This document shows, one piece after another, positions 48,513 through 58,099 of a stretch of DNA of 64,000 bases. The translations under genes were made by a program, and so were the position numbers. The stretch is taken from positions 36,121 to 100,120 of the forward strand of contig JAQBTV010000006.1 of assembly GCA_027624715.1 (NCBI GenBank). The letters run 5' to 3'. The first letter of the stretch is position 1, and every line of letters begins with the position of its first letter. The stretch is from Pseudomonadota bacterium. GTDB taxonomy: Bacteria > Pseudomonadota > Gammaproteobacteria > Burkholderiales > Eutrophovitaceae. The notes beneath the pieces are model-generated. The model was not told the origin of the DNA and made no database searches. It saw only the letters and a list, made by a program, of their open reading frames with translations.

Positions 48513-49937
48513 ATGGAAACTATATACGACGTTGCTGTAATCGGGGCTGGACCTGGCGGGTATGTCGCGGCCATTCGAGCGGCTCAATTGGGTCTTCGAA
48601 CGGTTTGTATCGACGATTTTACCGACTCCAAGGGTAAAGCTAGTCTTGGTGGCACCTGTCTCAATGTTGGCTGTATCCCATCTAAAGCGCTTCTCGAGTC
48701 TTCTGAAAATTATGAGAAAGCTATTTACAAATTCCATGAACATGGGATTTCGGCAACAAATGTAAGTATTGATGTATCGAAAATGTTGGCTCGAAAAGAC
48801 GGCATTGTGAAGCAATTCACAAATGGTATCGCTCTTCTTTTTAAGAAGAATAAGGTGACCCAGATGCACGGTCGCGCTCTTATTGTTTCTAAAGGCGATG
48901 TGATTAGTCTAAGGGTGGATGGTGCCTCGGAGGTGATCTTGAAGGCTAAGAACGTGATTATTGCAACGGGATCACGACCCAGAGAGATGGACTCAGTGCC
49001 GGTAGATAATGATTATATTTGTGACAATAAAGGTGCATTGTCGATAGCAAAAACGCCCAAACATTTATTGGTTATTGGTGCTGGCGTCATAGGTCTAGAG
49101 ATGGGTAGTGTGTGGAGACGTTTAGGTGCTCAGGTGACGATATTGGAAGCGCTCCCTACTTTTTTGGGTGCCGTTGATGAGGCTGTGGCTAAGGAGGCAA
49201 AGAAAATATTTACCAAGAATGTTGGACTAGACATTCGACTAGGTTGTGTTGTTCAAAATGTCAAACGAAAAGGCAAAAAAATGACAGTCACCTATAAAGA
49301 GGCTGATGTCGTTAAAACATTGGAGTGTGATCGTATTGTAATAGCTGTTGGTCGAGTGCCTAATTCAAGTGGTGTGGGTCTAGAAAATGTTGGGGTCAAA
49401 GTTGATGAGCGGGGATTTATTGTCGTTGATAATCATAATTTAACGACGGTTGAAAATATCTATGCTATTGGCGACGTTGTGCGAGGGCCGATGCTGGCAC
49501 ACAAGTCCTCTGAAGAAGGCGTTGCGGTGGCTGAGACTATTGCGGGCCAATACGGAGACGTTAATCTTGATACGATCCCATGGGTAATTTACACGAGTCC
49601 GGAGATCGCCTGGGTGGGACGAACGGAGCAAGATCTAAAGGCGGATTGTGTGCCATATAAAGTGGGTAAATTCCCTTTCGTGGCCAGCGGGCGAGCACAA
49701 GCGATTGGCGATAGCAGTGGCTTTGTCAAGATGATTGCGCATGAGACAACAGATCGAATTCTTGGAGTGCACATCATTGGTCCGTACGCCTCAGAATTGA
49801 TCTCTGAAGCGGTTGTAGCGATGGAATTTGGTGCCACTGCAGAGGATATCGCTCGCATTGTCCATGCTCATCCGTCGTTATCTGAAGCTATGCATGAGGC
49901 CGCTTTAGGGATCGATAATCGATATTTGAGTCTTTAA
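48513..49937 (+). CDS. lpdA: Dihydrolipoyl dehydrogenase (E3)
   Basis: 474 aa with GAGPGGYVAA, the redox-active GGTCLNVGCIPSK and the C-terminal HAHPSLSE. Confidence 0.95.
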   Translation: METIYDVAVIGAGPGGYVAAIRAAQLGLRTVCIDDFTDSKGKASLGGTCLNVGCIPSKALLESSENYEKAIYKFHEHGISATNVSIDVSKMLARKDGIVKQFTNGIALLFKKNKVTQMHGRALIVSKGDVISLRVDGASEVILKAKNVIIATGSRPREMDSVPVDNDYICDNKGALSIAKTPKHLLVIGAGVIGLEMGSVWRRLGAQVTILEALPTFLGAVDEAVAKEAKKIFTKNVGLDIRLGCVVQNVKRKGKKMTVTYKEADVVKTLECDRIVIAVGRVPNSSGVGLENVGVKVDERGFIVVDNHNLTTVENIYAIGDVVRGPMLAHKSSEEGVAVAETIAGQYGDVNLDTIPWVIYTSPEIAWVGRTEQDLKADCVPYKVGKFPFVASGRAQAIGDSSGFVKMIAHETTDRILGVHIIGPYASELISEAVVAMEFGATAEDIARIVHAHPSLSEAMHEAALGIDNRYLSL

Positions 49938-49946
49938 AACCTAATG

Positions 49947-49994
49947 CCATGAGGTACTTGAGCGCTAATTGTGCCAGTACGGTATGGTTTTTTC
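49947..49994 (+). terminator. Imperfect stem-loop followed by a T-run after lpdA
   Basis: ccatgaggtac...gtacggtatgg followed by tttttt. The stem has an internal mismatch block. Confidence 0.4.
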
Positions 49995-50034
49995 CTATAT
50001 GTTAAGCATTCTTAGACCTCTCGAGTAGATTGCC

Positions 50035-51105
50035 ATGCGAAAGCTGATTGAAAAAAAGGCAAAAGACCTGGGGCATACGCTTGATAAAGCTCAAATTGAG
50101 ATGGTTAATCAGCTTGCGCAATTAGCTGTTGATCTTGAACGTTTGTCAGAGAAAAAAGGGCTCATAACACAACTTTTTTTTAAAACGAAACGCGTAAAAG
50201 GTATGTATATTTGGGGAGGTGTAGGTCGTGGCAAAACCTTCCTGATGGACCTTTTTTATGAAAACATCCGATTCGATAAAAAAAAGAGGATTCACTTTCA
50301 TCGATTCATGCAAGAAATACATCACAGTCTGAGAGCCCTGCAAGGTCGACCTAATCCTCTTCAGATTATTGGAAAAGATATTTCATCGAAAACGAAATTA
50401 CTATGTCTTGATGAGTTTCATATTTCAGATATTGGTGATGCGATGATTATGAGGAACTTACTCGATTCGCTTTTAAATGAAGAGGTAGTTATTGTTACTA
50501 CCGCTAATTCGAAGCCCAATAAGCTCTACGAACATGGTCTTCAGAGAGCGCAGTTTTTGCCTACTATTGATCTGATTGAAGCAAGGATGCAAGTCGTCAA
50601 TCTCGATGCTGGTGAGGATTATCGGTTGGCTTCCTTAGAGAAGGCGGGAGTCTACTTTCGCGGGAGTCAAAATGAGGTTCAATCATTAGTAATGGATTTG
50701 TTTGTTTCGCTGTCAAAAGTAAACAAATGTTCGGAGACAATTGAATTACAAAACAGAGCGATTCCTACTAAGATGATTTCAAAGGAGGCAATTTGGTTTA
50801 ATTTTGATACGATCTGTGACGGGCCTCGAGGAAAAGACGACTATATTGAATTAGCCAAGCAGTTTCATACGGTTTTTATCAGTGATGTTCCTGCGTTTGA
50901 TAAAGATAAAGATAATATGCGGAGACGGTTTACTTGGCTCGTTGACGAGTTCTACGATCGACGAGTGAACTTAATAATTGATTCAGAATTTACTCTAAGT
51001 TCTTTATTTACAGACGCGCTAGGAGGGGCTGAAAAGTACCGTACTGAATCGCGTTTAATCGAGATGCAGACCAGGCGTTATCTTGGCGAAGCTCATTTGC
51101 CGTAA
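50035..51105 (+). CDS. zapE: AFG1-family ATPase (cell division protein ZapE)
   Basis: 356 aa with Walker A GGVGRGKTFLMD and Walker B LLCLDEFHISD, typical AFG1/ZapE length. Confidence 0.85.
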   Translation: MRKLIEKKAKDLGHTLDKAQIEMVNQLAQLAVDLERLSEKKGLITQLFFKTKRVKGMYIWGGVGRGKTFLMDLFYENIRFDKKKRIHFHRFMQEIHHSLRALQGRPNPLQIIGKDISSKTKLLCLDEFHISDIGDAMIMRNLLDSLLNEEVVIVTTANSKPNKLYEHGLQRAQFLPTIDLIEARMQVVNLDAGEDYRLASLEKAGVYFRGSQNEVQSLVMDLFVSLSKVNKCSETIELQNRAIPTKMISKEAIWFNFDTICDGPRGKDDYIELAKQFHTVFISDVPAFDKDKDNMRRRFTWLVDEFYDRRVNLIIDSEFTLSSLFTDALGGAEKYRTESRLIEMQTRRYLGEAHLP

Positions 51106-51182
51106 AAAACTGGTTATGTAGTACGGTGTAGTATTTCCCCATCGCACAAAAAGCCATATAAAACATAAAAGGAGATCTATTA

Positions 51183-52175
51183 ATGATGCAATTTAAAGCA
51201 TTCTTGATTGAAGAGACAGGGGATGGCGTCACAAGTGGGTATAAAAACTTAGACATTACTGCTCTGGATCAAGGAGAGGTTCTCATTAAAACCGCTTACT
51301 CGTCTGTGAATTTCAAGGATGCGCTTGCTGCAACTGGTGCGGGAAAGATTATTCGTAGATTTCCCTGTGTCGGGGGAATTGATTTGTCGGGTGTGGTCGT
51401 TGAATCATCGTCGGATGATTTCAAAGTGGGTCAAGAAGTAATAGCGACCAGCTATGATATTGGTGTAGCTCATCATGGAGGTTATGCTGAGTACTGTCGA
51501 ATACCGGCTGAGTGGGTTGTTCTGATGCCTAATGGGCTAGACCTTTTTAGTTCAATGGCTTTGGGAACGGCGGGGTTTACTGCGGGTCTCGCTGTTGAGC
51601 GTATGGAGCACAACGGACTTAATCTAAATGCTGGTCCAGTTGTCGTAAATGGTGCCACCGGCGGTGTCGGTGGGATCGCCGTAGATATTTTGGCAGGCTT
51701 GGGATATAACGTCACCGCCATGACTAGAAAGCCAGAGCAAGAAAAGTATTTAAGAGATATTGGGGCGGTTGAGGTTTTAGATATTGCATCGATTGACCTA
51801 ACAAAAATTAGGCCTTTAGGGCGTGAGACCTGGGCAGGTGCTGTCGATAATCTCGGCGGAGATATTTTGTCTTGGATGGCGAGTACTGTTAAGGTTGGTG
51901 GTGTAATTGCTTCGATCGGATTGGCCTCAAGTTTCAAATTTAATACGACTGTCATGCCTTTTATCCTCAGAGGTGTGACGCTTGCGGGGATTGATTCAGT
52001 GAACGCGGAAATGTCGATCCGGCGAAAAGTGTGGGAGAGACTTGCAACGGATTTGAGACCAAGGAATCTCGACAGGATCGTTACCGTTGTTTCATTCAAT
52101 GAGTTGCCATCAACATTCGAACTGGTCATGCAAGCGAAGATGCGAGGACGTTCGGTGGTTAAGATTTCAGATTAA
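51183..52175 (+). CDS. acuI: YhdH/AcuI-family NADPH-dependent oxidoreductase (acrylyl-CoA reductase type)
   Basis: Colinear with E. coli YhdH (SSVNFKDALAATGAGKIIRRFPCVGGIDLSGVV, GGYAEY, ALGTAGFTA, GATGGVGG). Confidence 0.82.
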   Translation: MMQFKAFLIEETGDGVTSGYKNLDITALDQGEVLIKTAYSSVNFKDALAATGAGKIIRRFPCVGGIDLSGVVVESSSDDFKVGQEVIATSYDIGVAHHGGYAEYCRIPAEWVVLMPNGLDLFSSMALGTAGFTAGLAVERMEHNGLNLNAGPVVVNGATGGVGGIAVDILAGLGYNVTAMTRKPEQEKYLRDIGAVEVLDIASIDLTKIRPLGRETWAGAVDNLGGDILSWMASTVKVGGVIASIGLASSFKFNTTVMPFILRGVTLAGIDSVNAEMSIRRKVWERLATDLRPRNLDRIVTVVSFNELPSTFELVMQAKMRGRSVVKISD

Positions 52176-52178
52176 TCT

Positions 52179-54101
52179 TTGACGTTCGTTAGTGAGGCGG
52201 TAGTGTTTAAAAAAATCAATGAATTTCACCAAAAATCGTTAGATAAAATGGACGAATTTTGGGCTGAGCAGGCCAAATTGATCTACTGGGACAGTGAGTT
52301 TGATCGGGTGCTTGATTATTCGAAGCCGCCATTCACCAAGTGGTTCTTGAACGGGAAGACCAATCTTTGTTTCAATGCGATTGACAGGCATTTGGATGAC
52401 CGACCAGACCAAGATGCGATTATTTATGTTTCTACCGAGACCCACACAGAGTGCGCGATTAGTTATCAAGATCTGTATCAAGAGGTGAATAAATTTGCTG
52501 CTCTGCTCAAGAAACAAGGAGTTCATAAAGGCGACAGAGTTTTAATTTATATGCCGATGATCCCTGAGGCTGTCTATGCGATGTTGGCATGCGTTCGCAT
52601 CGGAGCAGTTCATTCGGTTGTTTTTGGAGGTTTTGCCCCTTCCAGTTTGGCTCATAGGGTGGATGATTGTTCGCCAAGGGTTATGGTCACTGCCGACGCT
52701 GGGATCAGAGGAGGTCGTATTATTCAATATAAGGGATTAGTCGACGAGGCATTAGAGTTAGCTCAAAAACCACCAGAGTACGTGATTTTAGTTAATCGAG
52801 GTTTAGTAGATACGTTTGGTTGGGATGCAGCACGAGATATTGATTATCGAGAGGCTATTCAGTCACTCAATGGTGAAACAGTTGAGGTTGAATGGCTTGA
52901 GTCTAACGAGCCAAGCTATATCTTGTACACATCTGGTACGACAGGTAAACCCAAGGGTGTACAGCGCGATACTGGTGGGTACGCAGTGGCTTTAGCTGCT
53001 TCTATGCGTCATATATACGATGCGCAAGCGGGTGATACGATATTCACGACTTCTGATATTGGTTGGGTAGTTGGTCATTCTTATGTTGTGTATGCGCCAC
53101 TTATTATGGGAATGACAACTATTCTATATGAAGGGTTGCCAACGACGCCTGATCCAGGGATATGGTGGAGTATCGTTGAAAAATACAATGTAAATGTGAT
53201 GTTTTCGTCACCAACCGCTATTCGGGTATTGAAAAAACAGGATCCTAAATATATTAATAAATATGATCTGGGTGTTTTAAAGCATTTGTTTCTAGCAGGC
53301 GAGCCATTGGATGAATCGACGCATAGTTGGATATCGGATGCTATTGGAAAACCTGTACACGATCATTTTTGGCAAACTGAAACTGGGTGGCCTGTATTAG
53401 CACCGATGCCTGGGATCGAATCAACTCCCGTTAAGTATGGAAGTCCTTCTTTTCCGGCATACGGCTATAACCTTAAAGTGTTACGTGAGTCAGATGCTTC
53501 TGAGGCGGATGTGAATGAAAAAGGGCTCGTATCGATTTTTCCGCCATTACCGCCTGGGTGTATGAGTACTATATGGGGAGATGATGAGCGGTTTGTGAGT
53601 ATATATTTTTCAACATTTGACTCGACGCTCGTCTATTCGACCTTTGATTGGGGAATTAGAGATGAGGATGGTTACCATTTCATTCTGGGTCGTACCGATG
53701 ACGTGATTAATGTTGCGGGACATCGATTGGGTACTCGAGAGATTGAAGAGGCGATTCAAAATCACAGAAACGTCGCAGAAGTTGCTGTTGTAGGTGTTCA
53801 GGACGCTGTTAAGGGGCAAATGCCGATTGCGTTTGTTGTTCGTAAAAGTCAGCTTCATACTAATGATTCATCTTATAACGAGGTGGAACAGAATGAAATC
53901 ATTAAGGAAGTAGATCAGTCTCTTGGTGCGATCGCTAGGCCGAGAAATGTTTATTTTGTCTCAATGCTACCGAAAACACGCTCTGGAAAGCTATTACGAC
54001 GAAGCATTCAGGCTATTGCTGAAAATAGAGATCCAGGTGATCTGACTACTTTGGAAGATCCGGCTGCGATCGAAGAAATTATCAAAGTGATTCGAGCCTA
54101 G
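52179..54101 (+). CDS. prpE: Propionate--CoA ligase
   Basis: Very close to enterobacterial PrpE by eye (EFWAEQAK, YTSGTTGKPKGVQRDTGGYAV, FDWGIRDEDGYHFILGRTDDVINVAGHRLGTREIEE, LPKTRSGKLLRRSIQAIAENRDPGDLTT). The start is uncertain: TTG 52179, or GTG 52203 preceded by GAGG. Confidence 0.88.
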   Translation: MTFVSEAVVFKKINEFHQKSLDKMDEFWAEQAKLIYWDSEFDRVLDYSKPPFTKWFLNGKTNLCFNAIDRHLDDRPDQDAIIYVSTETHTECAISYQDLYQEVNKFAALLKKQGVHKGDRVLIYMPMIPEAVYAMLACVRIGAVHSVVFGGFAPSSLAHRVDDCSPRVMVTADAGIRGGRIIQYKGLVDEALELAQKPPEYVILVNRGLVDTFGWDAARDIDYREAIQSLNGETVEVEWLESNEPSYILYTSGTTGKPKGVQRDTGGYAVALAASMRHIYDAQAGDTIFTTSDIGWVVGHSYVVYAPLIMGMTTILYEGLPTTPDPGIWWSIVEKYNVNVMFSSPTAIRVLKKQDPKYINKYDLGVLKHLFLAGEPLDESTHSWISDAIGKPVHDHFWQTETGWPVLAPMPGIESTPVKYGSPSFPAYGYNLKVLRESDASEADVNEKGLVSIFPPLPPGCMSTIWGDDERFVSIYFSTFDSTLVYSTFDWGIRDEDGYHFILGRTDDVINVAGHRLGTREIEEAIQNHRNVAEVAVVGVQDAVKGQMPIAFVVRKSQLHTNDSSYNEVEQNEIIKEVDQSLGAIARPRNVYFVSMLPKTRSGKLLRRSIQAIAENRDPGDLTTLEDPAAIEEIIKVIRA

Positions 54102-54119
54102 CTGCTTGGTCGCGATAAA

Positions 54120-54485
54120 ATGGGATTGTTTCCAGTGAATAAAATCATGTATTTTTTGCTTTGGATAAATGGATTATCCGTATTGGGCTACCTCTCTCTT
54201 TTTTTAGGAGTGATTTATCTTGATATAAAAGTTTTTCCCGATTGGGAGGTTTTATCAAATCCTCCAAGTGTAGTTTTGGATGTGATTCATTCTTCTTCCG
54301 ATAAAACCGGATTGAAAGAGATGACAATTTTGCTTCACCAGCATTTGGTTGATCAAACTGTAGTTGTTAATGAATTGATTGACACAACTATTTTCTGGAC
54401 GCGAACACATTTTTTTATCGCTTTATGGTTGTTCATAGTTAATTTGTTTTTGGTTTTTAAGCTTTGGGCTAAACGTCATTCGTGA
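54120..54485 (+). CDS. Hypothetical membrane protein (two terminal TM helices, ~60-aa loop)
   Basis: 121-aa ORF 18 nt after prpE, AT-rich, with no clear RBS and no recognisable family. A strong hairpin follows it. Confidence 0.45.
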   Translation: MGLFPVNKIMYFLLWINGLSVLGYLSLFLGVIYLDIKVFPDWEVLSNPPSVVLDVIHSSSDKTGLKEMTILLHQHLVDQTVVVNELIDTTIFWTRTHFFIALWLFIVNLFLVFKLWAKRHS

Positions 54486-54507
54486 ATAAAAACATGTAGG
54501 TTGGATT

Positions 54508-54538
54508 TGACCATTTATGTGTTAAACATAAATGGTCA
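54508..54538. terminator. 13-bp perfect stem, 5-nt loop hairpin between convergent genes
   Basis: tgaccatttatgt-gttaa-acataaatggtca, read directly. It lies between the 54485 stop (+) and the 54542 stop (-). There is no clean U tract. Confidence 0.5.
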
Positions 54539-54541
54539 TAG

Positions 54542-56065
54542 TTACTCGTTCCTGTATTTGTCGGATCGATAAAGCCAAGCCAGGGGAAGGGCAGCTACGG
54601 CCACCAAAGTAAAAAGGCCAAACGCGTTGAGGTATCCACCCATTAAGGACTGATGTGTAATTTCTTGACTCAGGCGAGCTATCGATTCCATTGATTCTGT
54701 TCCCCAATGACTTGAGATTTGTGGTTCTGAGAGCCACTGATTCATAGGGTTGATAGCTTGACTAAGTCCAGCGTAGTTCTCCGCGGTGGATCTGAGAAGT
54801 ACCAACATGCAGATGGATAGGAATAGACTGCTACCGAAATTGCGTATCACATTAAATAGGGCCGCTGCTTGCACGGTGAGCTGATTTGGCATTGTCGCAA
54901 AGGCCAGTACTGCCATTGGCGTATACGCTAACCCAAAGCCGAATCCCTGTAAAAAATTAGTCCACATCACATCAAATTCTGTCATGTTGATGTTAAGTGA
55001 GTACATGCCCCAGCCAGCCCAAATTTGCATGGCTATACCTGTTGTTAGGGCAAGTTTTGCGTTCTTCCGTGTAAATTGAACAACAATAAGTAAACTGGCT
55101 AAATTTCCCAAACCTCGAGCGGAAAGTAATAAGCCAGCAGTCGCATCTGGGTACCCGCGTAGGTCTTGTAATAGTGTGGGGAAGAGCGCGATTGGCGAAT
55201 AACTGAGGGCTCCCATAAGCAATATTGTGACAAGCCCGACAGCAAAGTTCCAGTTGGTGAAAATCGCACGTTCAAAAAATGGTGTTCTCGAGTAAACTGT
55301 GCTCCCCACGAAGATCAGTATGGCAGTAAGACAAGTAAATAGCTCGATTGAGATTTCAAATGATTCAAACCAATCTAAACGGTGACCTCTATCAAGTAAT
55401 AACTGCGCTGATCCCATCGCAATAGCAAGACTTAAGAATCCAATCCATCCAAATCTTCCAGAGGTCCCACGCTGTTGGTCACCGAGAGCGAATGCTGCGA
55501 TTATTATAGCGATCACGCTAATTGGCGCGAGAAACAGGTATGTCCATCGCCAACCTAGTACTTCTCCAACCACGCCACCTAATATGGGGCCGAGTACGAT
55601 CCCCATAGTTCCGCCGACGCCCCATAACATAAGCACAAGAGCGTGTTGTCGTTTTGGAAATGTTGCGAGTAACATGCCGAGGCCTAAAGGCGTCAAGGGA
55701 GCACCAAAAAGTCCTTGTGCGGTTCTGGATATCAGTAGAGTCTCAATGTTTGTGGAGAGCCCACAGGCTACTGACGCGATAGTGAAGCCAATCAAAGTCC
55801 CAATCATTAGACGTCGCCAGCCAAGTCGACCCGCAAGCCATCCTGTGATTGGTGTTCCGACTGCTGCCCCCACCAGGAATAAAGTTACGGTCCAAGAGGC
55901 TTGATCTTGGTTGACCGATAATGCGCCTCGAATATGCGGTAAAACAATTGTTGAGGCGGTAATGGCCATACCGAATAATAATGTGACAAGTTGCACGGTC
56001 AGCAGCAAAAGCCAGCGCCGTACAGGCATAATATTTTGATCTTCTCTTGACTTTTGGGCGGCCAT
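54542..56065 (-). CDS. MFS drug:H+ antiporter, DHA2 (EmrB/QacA-like, 14-TMS) family
   Basis: 507 aa, polytopic, with the MFS motif GWLAGRLGWRR and DHA2-type length. An alternative start is M13 at 56029. Confidence 0.85.
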   Translation of the reverse strand: MAAQKSREDQNIMPVRRWLLLLTVQLVTLLFGMAITASTIVLPHIRGALSVNQDQASWTVTLFLVGAAVGTPITGWLAGRLGWRRLMIGTLIGFTIASVACGLSTNIETLLISRTAQGLFGAPLTPLGLGMLLATFPKRQHALVLMLWGVGGTMGIVLGPILGGVVGEVLGWRWTYLFLAPISVIAIIIAAFALGDQQRGTSGRFGWIGFLSLAIAMGSAQLLLDRGHRLDWFESFEISIELFTCLTAILIFVGSTVYSRTPFFERAIFTNWNFAVGLVTILLMGALSYSPIALFPTLLQDLRGYPDATAGLLLSARGLGNLASLLIVVQFTRKNAKLALTTGIAMQIWAGWGMYSLNINMTEFDVMWTNFLQGFGFGLAYTPMAVLAFATMPNQLTVQAAALFNVIRNFGSSLFLSICMLVLLRSTAENYAGLSQAINPMNQWLSEPQISSHWGTESMESIARLSQEITHQSLMGGYLNAFGLFTLVAVAALPLAWLYRSDKYRNE

Positions 56066-56283
56066 CTAATTTTAATCGCGATCCCTCGACTAATTCGGAA
56101 TTTATTATCAGTTTTTAAAAAGCTTGGGACTATACCAATAAATAAAGCTCCAGATAGCGGAATTGTTAAAAATCTTAATATGGTGATAGCTCGTACCTTT
56201 AGTTTTAGCTATCCATCTGCGTTTTTTTAATGTCTGGCTTGGCTAACACGTTATTCCTGCGCATTATTATTTGTTTTTCTCAT

Positions 56284-56312
56284 TTGTGTAGACCTGATAA
56301 AGAGAGTATACT
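56284..56312 (+). promoter_or_regulatory. Candidate sigma70 promoter of the rpsF operon (TTGTGT-17 nt-TATACT)
   Basis: Hexamers and the 17-nt spacer were read directly, about 85 nt upstream of the rpsF ATG. Confidence 0.4.
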
Positions 56313-56397
56313 CGCTCATCCTTGCTCCACTAAAACCGCATTTTAGGGGGCTTTAAAGACGCCGATAAAGCGTCGGTCAACCATAAGGAGACAAATT

Positions 56398-56868
56398 ATG
56401 CGGCATTACGAAATCGTATTTCTCGTTCACCCAGATCAGAGTGAACAGGTACCAGCAATGATAGAGCGTTATCGCAACCAAGTTACCACCGGGCAGGGAG
56501 TAGTGCATCGGTTGGAAGACTGGGGGCGTAGACAGCTTGCTTATCCTATTCAAAAAATTCATAAAGCGCATTACGTGCTTATGAACGTTGAGTGTGACCA
56601 AGAAGTAATCAAAGAAATTGAGTTGGGTTTTAAATTTAATGATGCCGTTATCCGACATCTCACTGTTTCGATGAAAGCAGCGGTCACTGAGCCTTCATCG
56701 ATGATGAAAGAAGATAAAACGAAACAAATTGTTGGGCGGCCTCCAGTAACTTCATCTGAAGATCCCGCTGCATATGTGCCCGCAATTAAGGTGGGCGCAG
56801 CGGTAGTAAGTGAAGAGGTTGCGTCAGAGCCTGTTCAAGAAGCTGCTGAAACCATCCAGGGGGCATAG
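56398..56868 (+). CDS. rpsF: 30S ribosomal protein S6 (with a long acidic C-terminal extension)
   Basis: [18 protein letters not shown]...[19 protein letters not shown] is canonical S6. About 55 extra C-terminal residues follow. Confidence 0.95.
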   Translation: MRHYEIVFLVHPDQSEQVPAMIERYRNQVTTGQGVVHRLEDWGRRQLAYPIQKIHKAHYVLMNVECDQEVIKEIELGFKFNDAVIRHLTVSMKAAVTEPSSMMKEDKTKQIVGRPPVTSSEDPAAYVPAIKVGAAVVSEEVASEPVQEAAETIQGA

Positions 56869-56878
56869 GGGACACTTT

Positions 56879-57175
56879 GTGTCGACGAATAAGGTAAATT
56901 TATTCGCGATGATTACCGTTAAAGAGGTTTTACGATATTCTCCATCTGGAATACCGGTTCTGAAATTTTCAGTAGAACATGGCAGTGAACAGATGGAAGC
57001 TAAAAACCAAAGAAGAGTCATTTTGAATCTTGATTGTGTTGTGTTAGGCGACAAGGCAGTTGAATTAGATCGAATTGAAATAGGGCAACAGCTATTGTTC
57101 TCTGGATTTTTGATGAACAAGGGAGCTCGATTAAAATGGCCTGTGTTTAATGTGCAAGAATTCAATAAGAATTAA
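56879..57175 (+). CDS. priB: Primosomal replication protein N
   Basis: OB-fold protein between rpsF and rpsR ([17 protein letters not shown]). The GTG at 56879, preceded by AGGGGA, avoids the 59-nt overlap implied by the track start. Confidence 0.85.
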   Translation: MSTNKVNLFAMITVKEVLRYSPSGIPVLKFSVEHGSEQMEAKNQRRVILNLDCVVLGDKAVELDRIEIGQQLLFSGFLMNKGARLKWPVFNVQEFNKN

Positions 57176-57198
57176 TTCTTAAGATATTGGAGGTTGTA

Positions 57199-57459
57199 AT
57201 GGCATTTAAGAAGAAGAATGATAAACGTAATCCAAGTCGTCCTTTATTCAAACGGCGTAAGTTTTGCCGTTTTACTGCTGAGAAAATAGACTGGGTTGAT
57301 TACAAAAATACGGATATCTTGAAAGACTTTGTTTCCGAGAATGGAAAAATTATTCCCGCTCGTATCACTGGGACACGTTCCGGTTTTCAAAGACAGTTGT
57401 CGGTAGCAATTAAGAGAGCTAGATTTCTTGCACTCTTACCCTACTCTGACGCCCATTAA
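57199..57459 (+). CDS. rpsR: 30S ribosomal protein S18
   Basis: [41 protein letters not shown] is canonical S18. The ATG at 57199 follows GGAGG. Confidence 0.95.
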   Translation: MAFKKKNDKRNPSRPLFKRRKFCRFTAEKIDWVDYKNTDILKDFVSENGKIIPARITGTRSGFQRQLSVAIKRARFLALLPYSDAH

Positions 57460-57478
57460 TTTTTGACGGAATTGACCA

Positions 57479-57928
57479 ATGGAAATCATTCTCTTAGAAC
57501 AAGTCGTGAATCTCGGTCGTTTAGGTGATCTAGTAACTGTTAAAGAAGGATATGCTCGCAATTATTTGATACCTAAAGGCAAGGCACAACGAGCTACAAA
57601 AGAGAACCTAGCAGAATTTGAGAAAAAACGAGCTGAATTAGAGGCTCAACAGGCACAAATTCTTTCTAATGCGCAAGCCAAATACGAAAAAGTAAATGGT
57701 GCATCTATTCAAATTGCTCAAAAGGCTGGTGTGGATGGTCGGCTTTTTGGATCAGTGACGCATTACGATATAGCAGACGCATTAAATGCCCAAGGGCTTG
57801 AAATTAATAAGAATCAAATTCAGATGCCGACTGGGCCTTTAAAACAGATTGGTGAGTTTGGCATCTCTGTTAGCTTGCATGCAGATGTCGTCGCAACAAT
57901 TGCGGTGACTGTTACGCCAGAGCAGTAG
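57479..57928 (+). CDS. rplI: 50S ribosomal protein L9
   Basis: [36 protein letters not shown] is canonical L9. Confidence 0.95.
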   Translation: MEIILLEQVVNLGRLGDLVTVKEGYARNYLIPKGKAQRATKENLAEFEKKRAELEAQQAQILSNAQAKYEKVNGASIQIAQKAGVDGRLFGSVTHYDIADALNAQGLEINKNQIQMPTGPLKQIGEFGISVSLHADVVATIAVTVTPEQ

Positions 57929-57943
57929 GGCGAACAAGGTATT

Positions 57944-57977
57944 AAAAAAAAACCACGTGATGACACGTGGTTTTTTT
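57944..57977 (+). terminator. Rho-independent terminator after rplI (A-run, CCACGTG-atga-CACGTGG, T7)
   Basis: aaaaaaaaaccacgtgatgacacgtggttttttt, read directly. Its symmetric A and T runs make it potentially bidirectional. Confidence 0.8.
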
Positions 57978-58099
57978 GCATTAAGAGTTTTGTAAGCCTG
58001 TCGCTGTTCTTTGGGCTTAATTTACTCGTTTAATTGTTGGTGGGAATGATATGCTCTACTATGGGGAACGAGTTGATATCATAAGAGTGCCGGTAATGT

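Noticed and set aside
51482-52129. 215-aa ORF antisense to acuI. Similar antisense ORFs of 100-170 aa occur inside fdsA (9041-9550), pirin (28807-29190), acnA (32175-33020), prpC/prpB (35418-35756, 36950-37300), sdhA (40815-41129), sucA/sucB (45502-45804, 47237-47680), lpdA (48504-48869), the MFS gene (55584-55904), priB (56824-57165), dnaB (59089-59403) and typA (63095-63409).
   Set aside because: Each lies fully inside a strongly supported gene on the other strand. Their compositions are low-complexity (Ala/Pro/Ser/Thr/Arg-rich), with no RBS and no recognisable family, which is typical of shadow ORFs.
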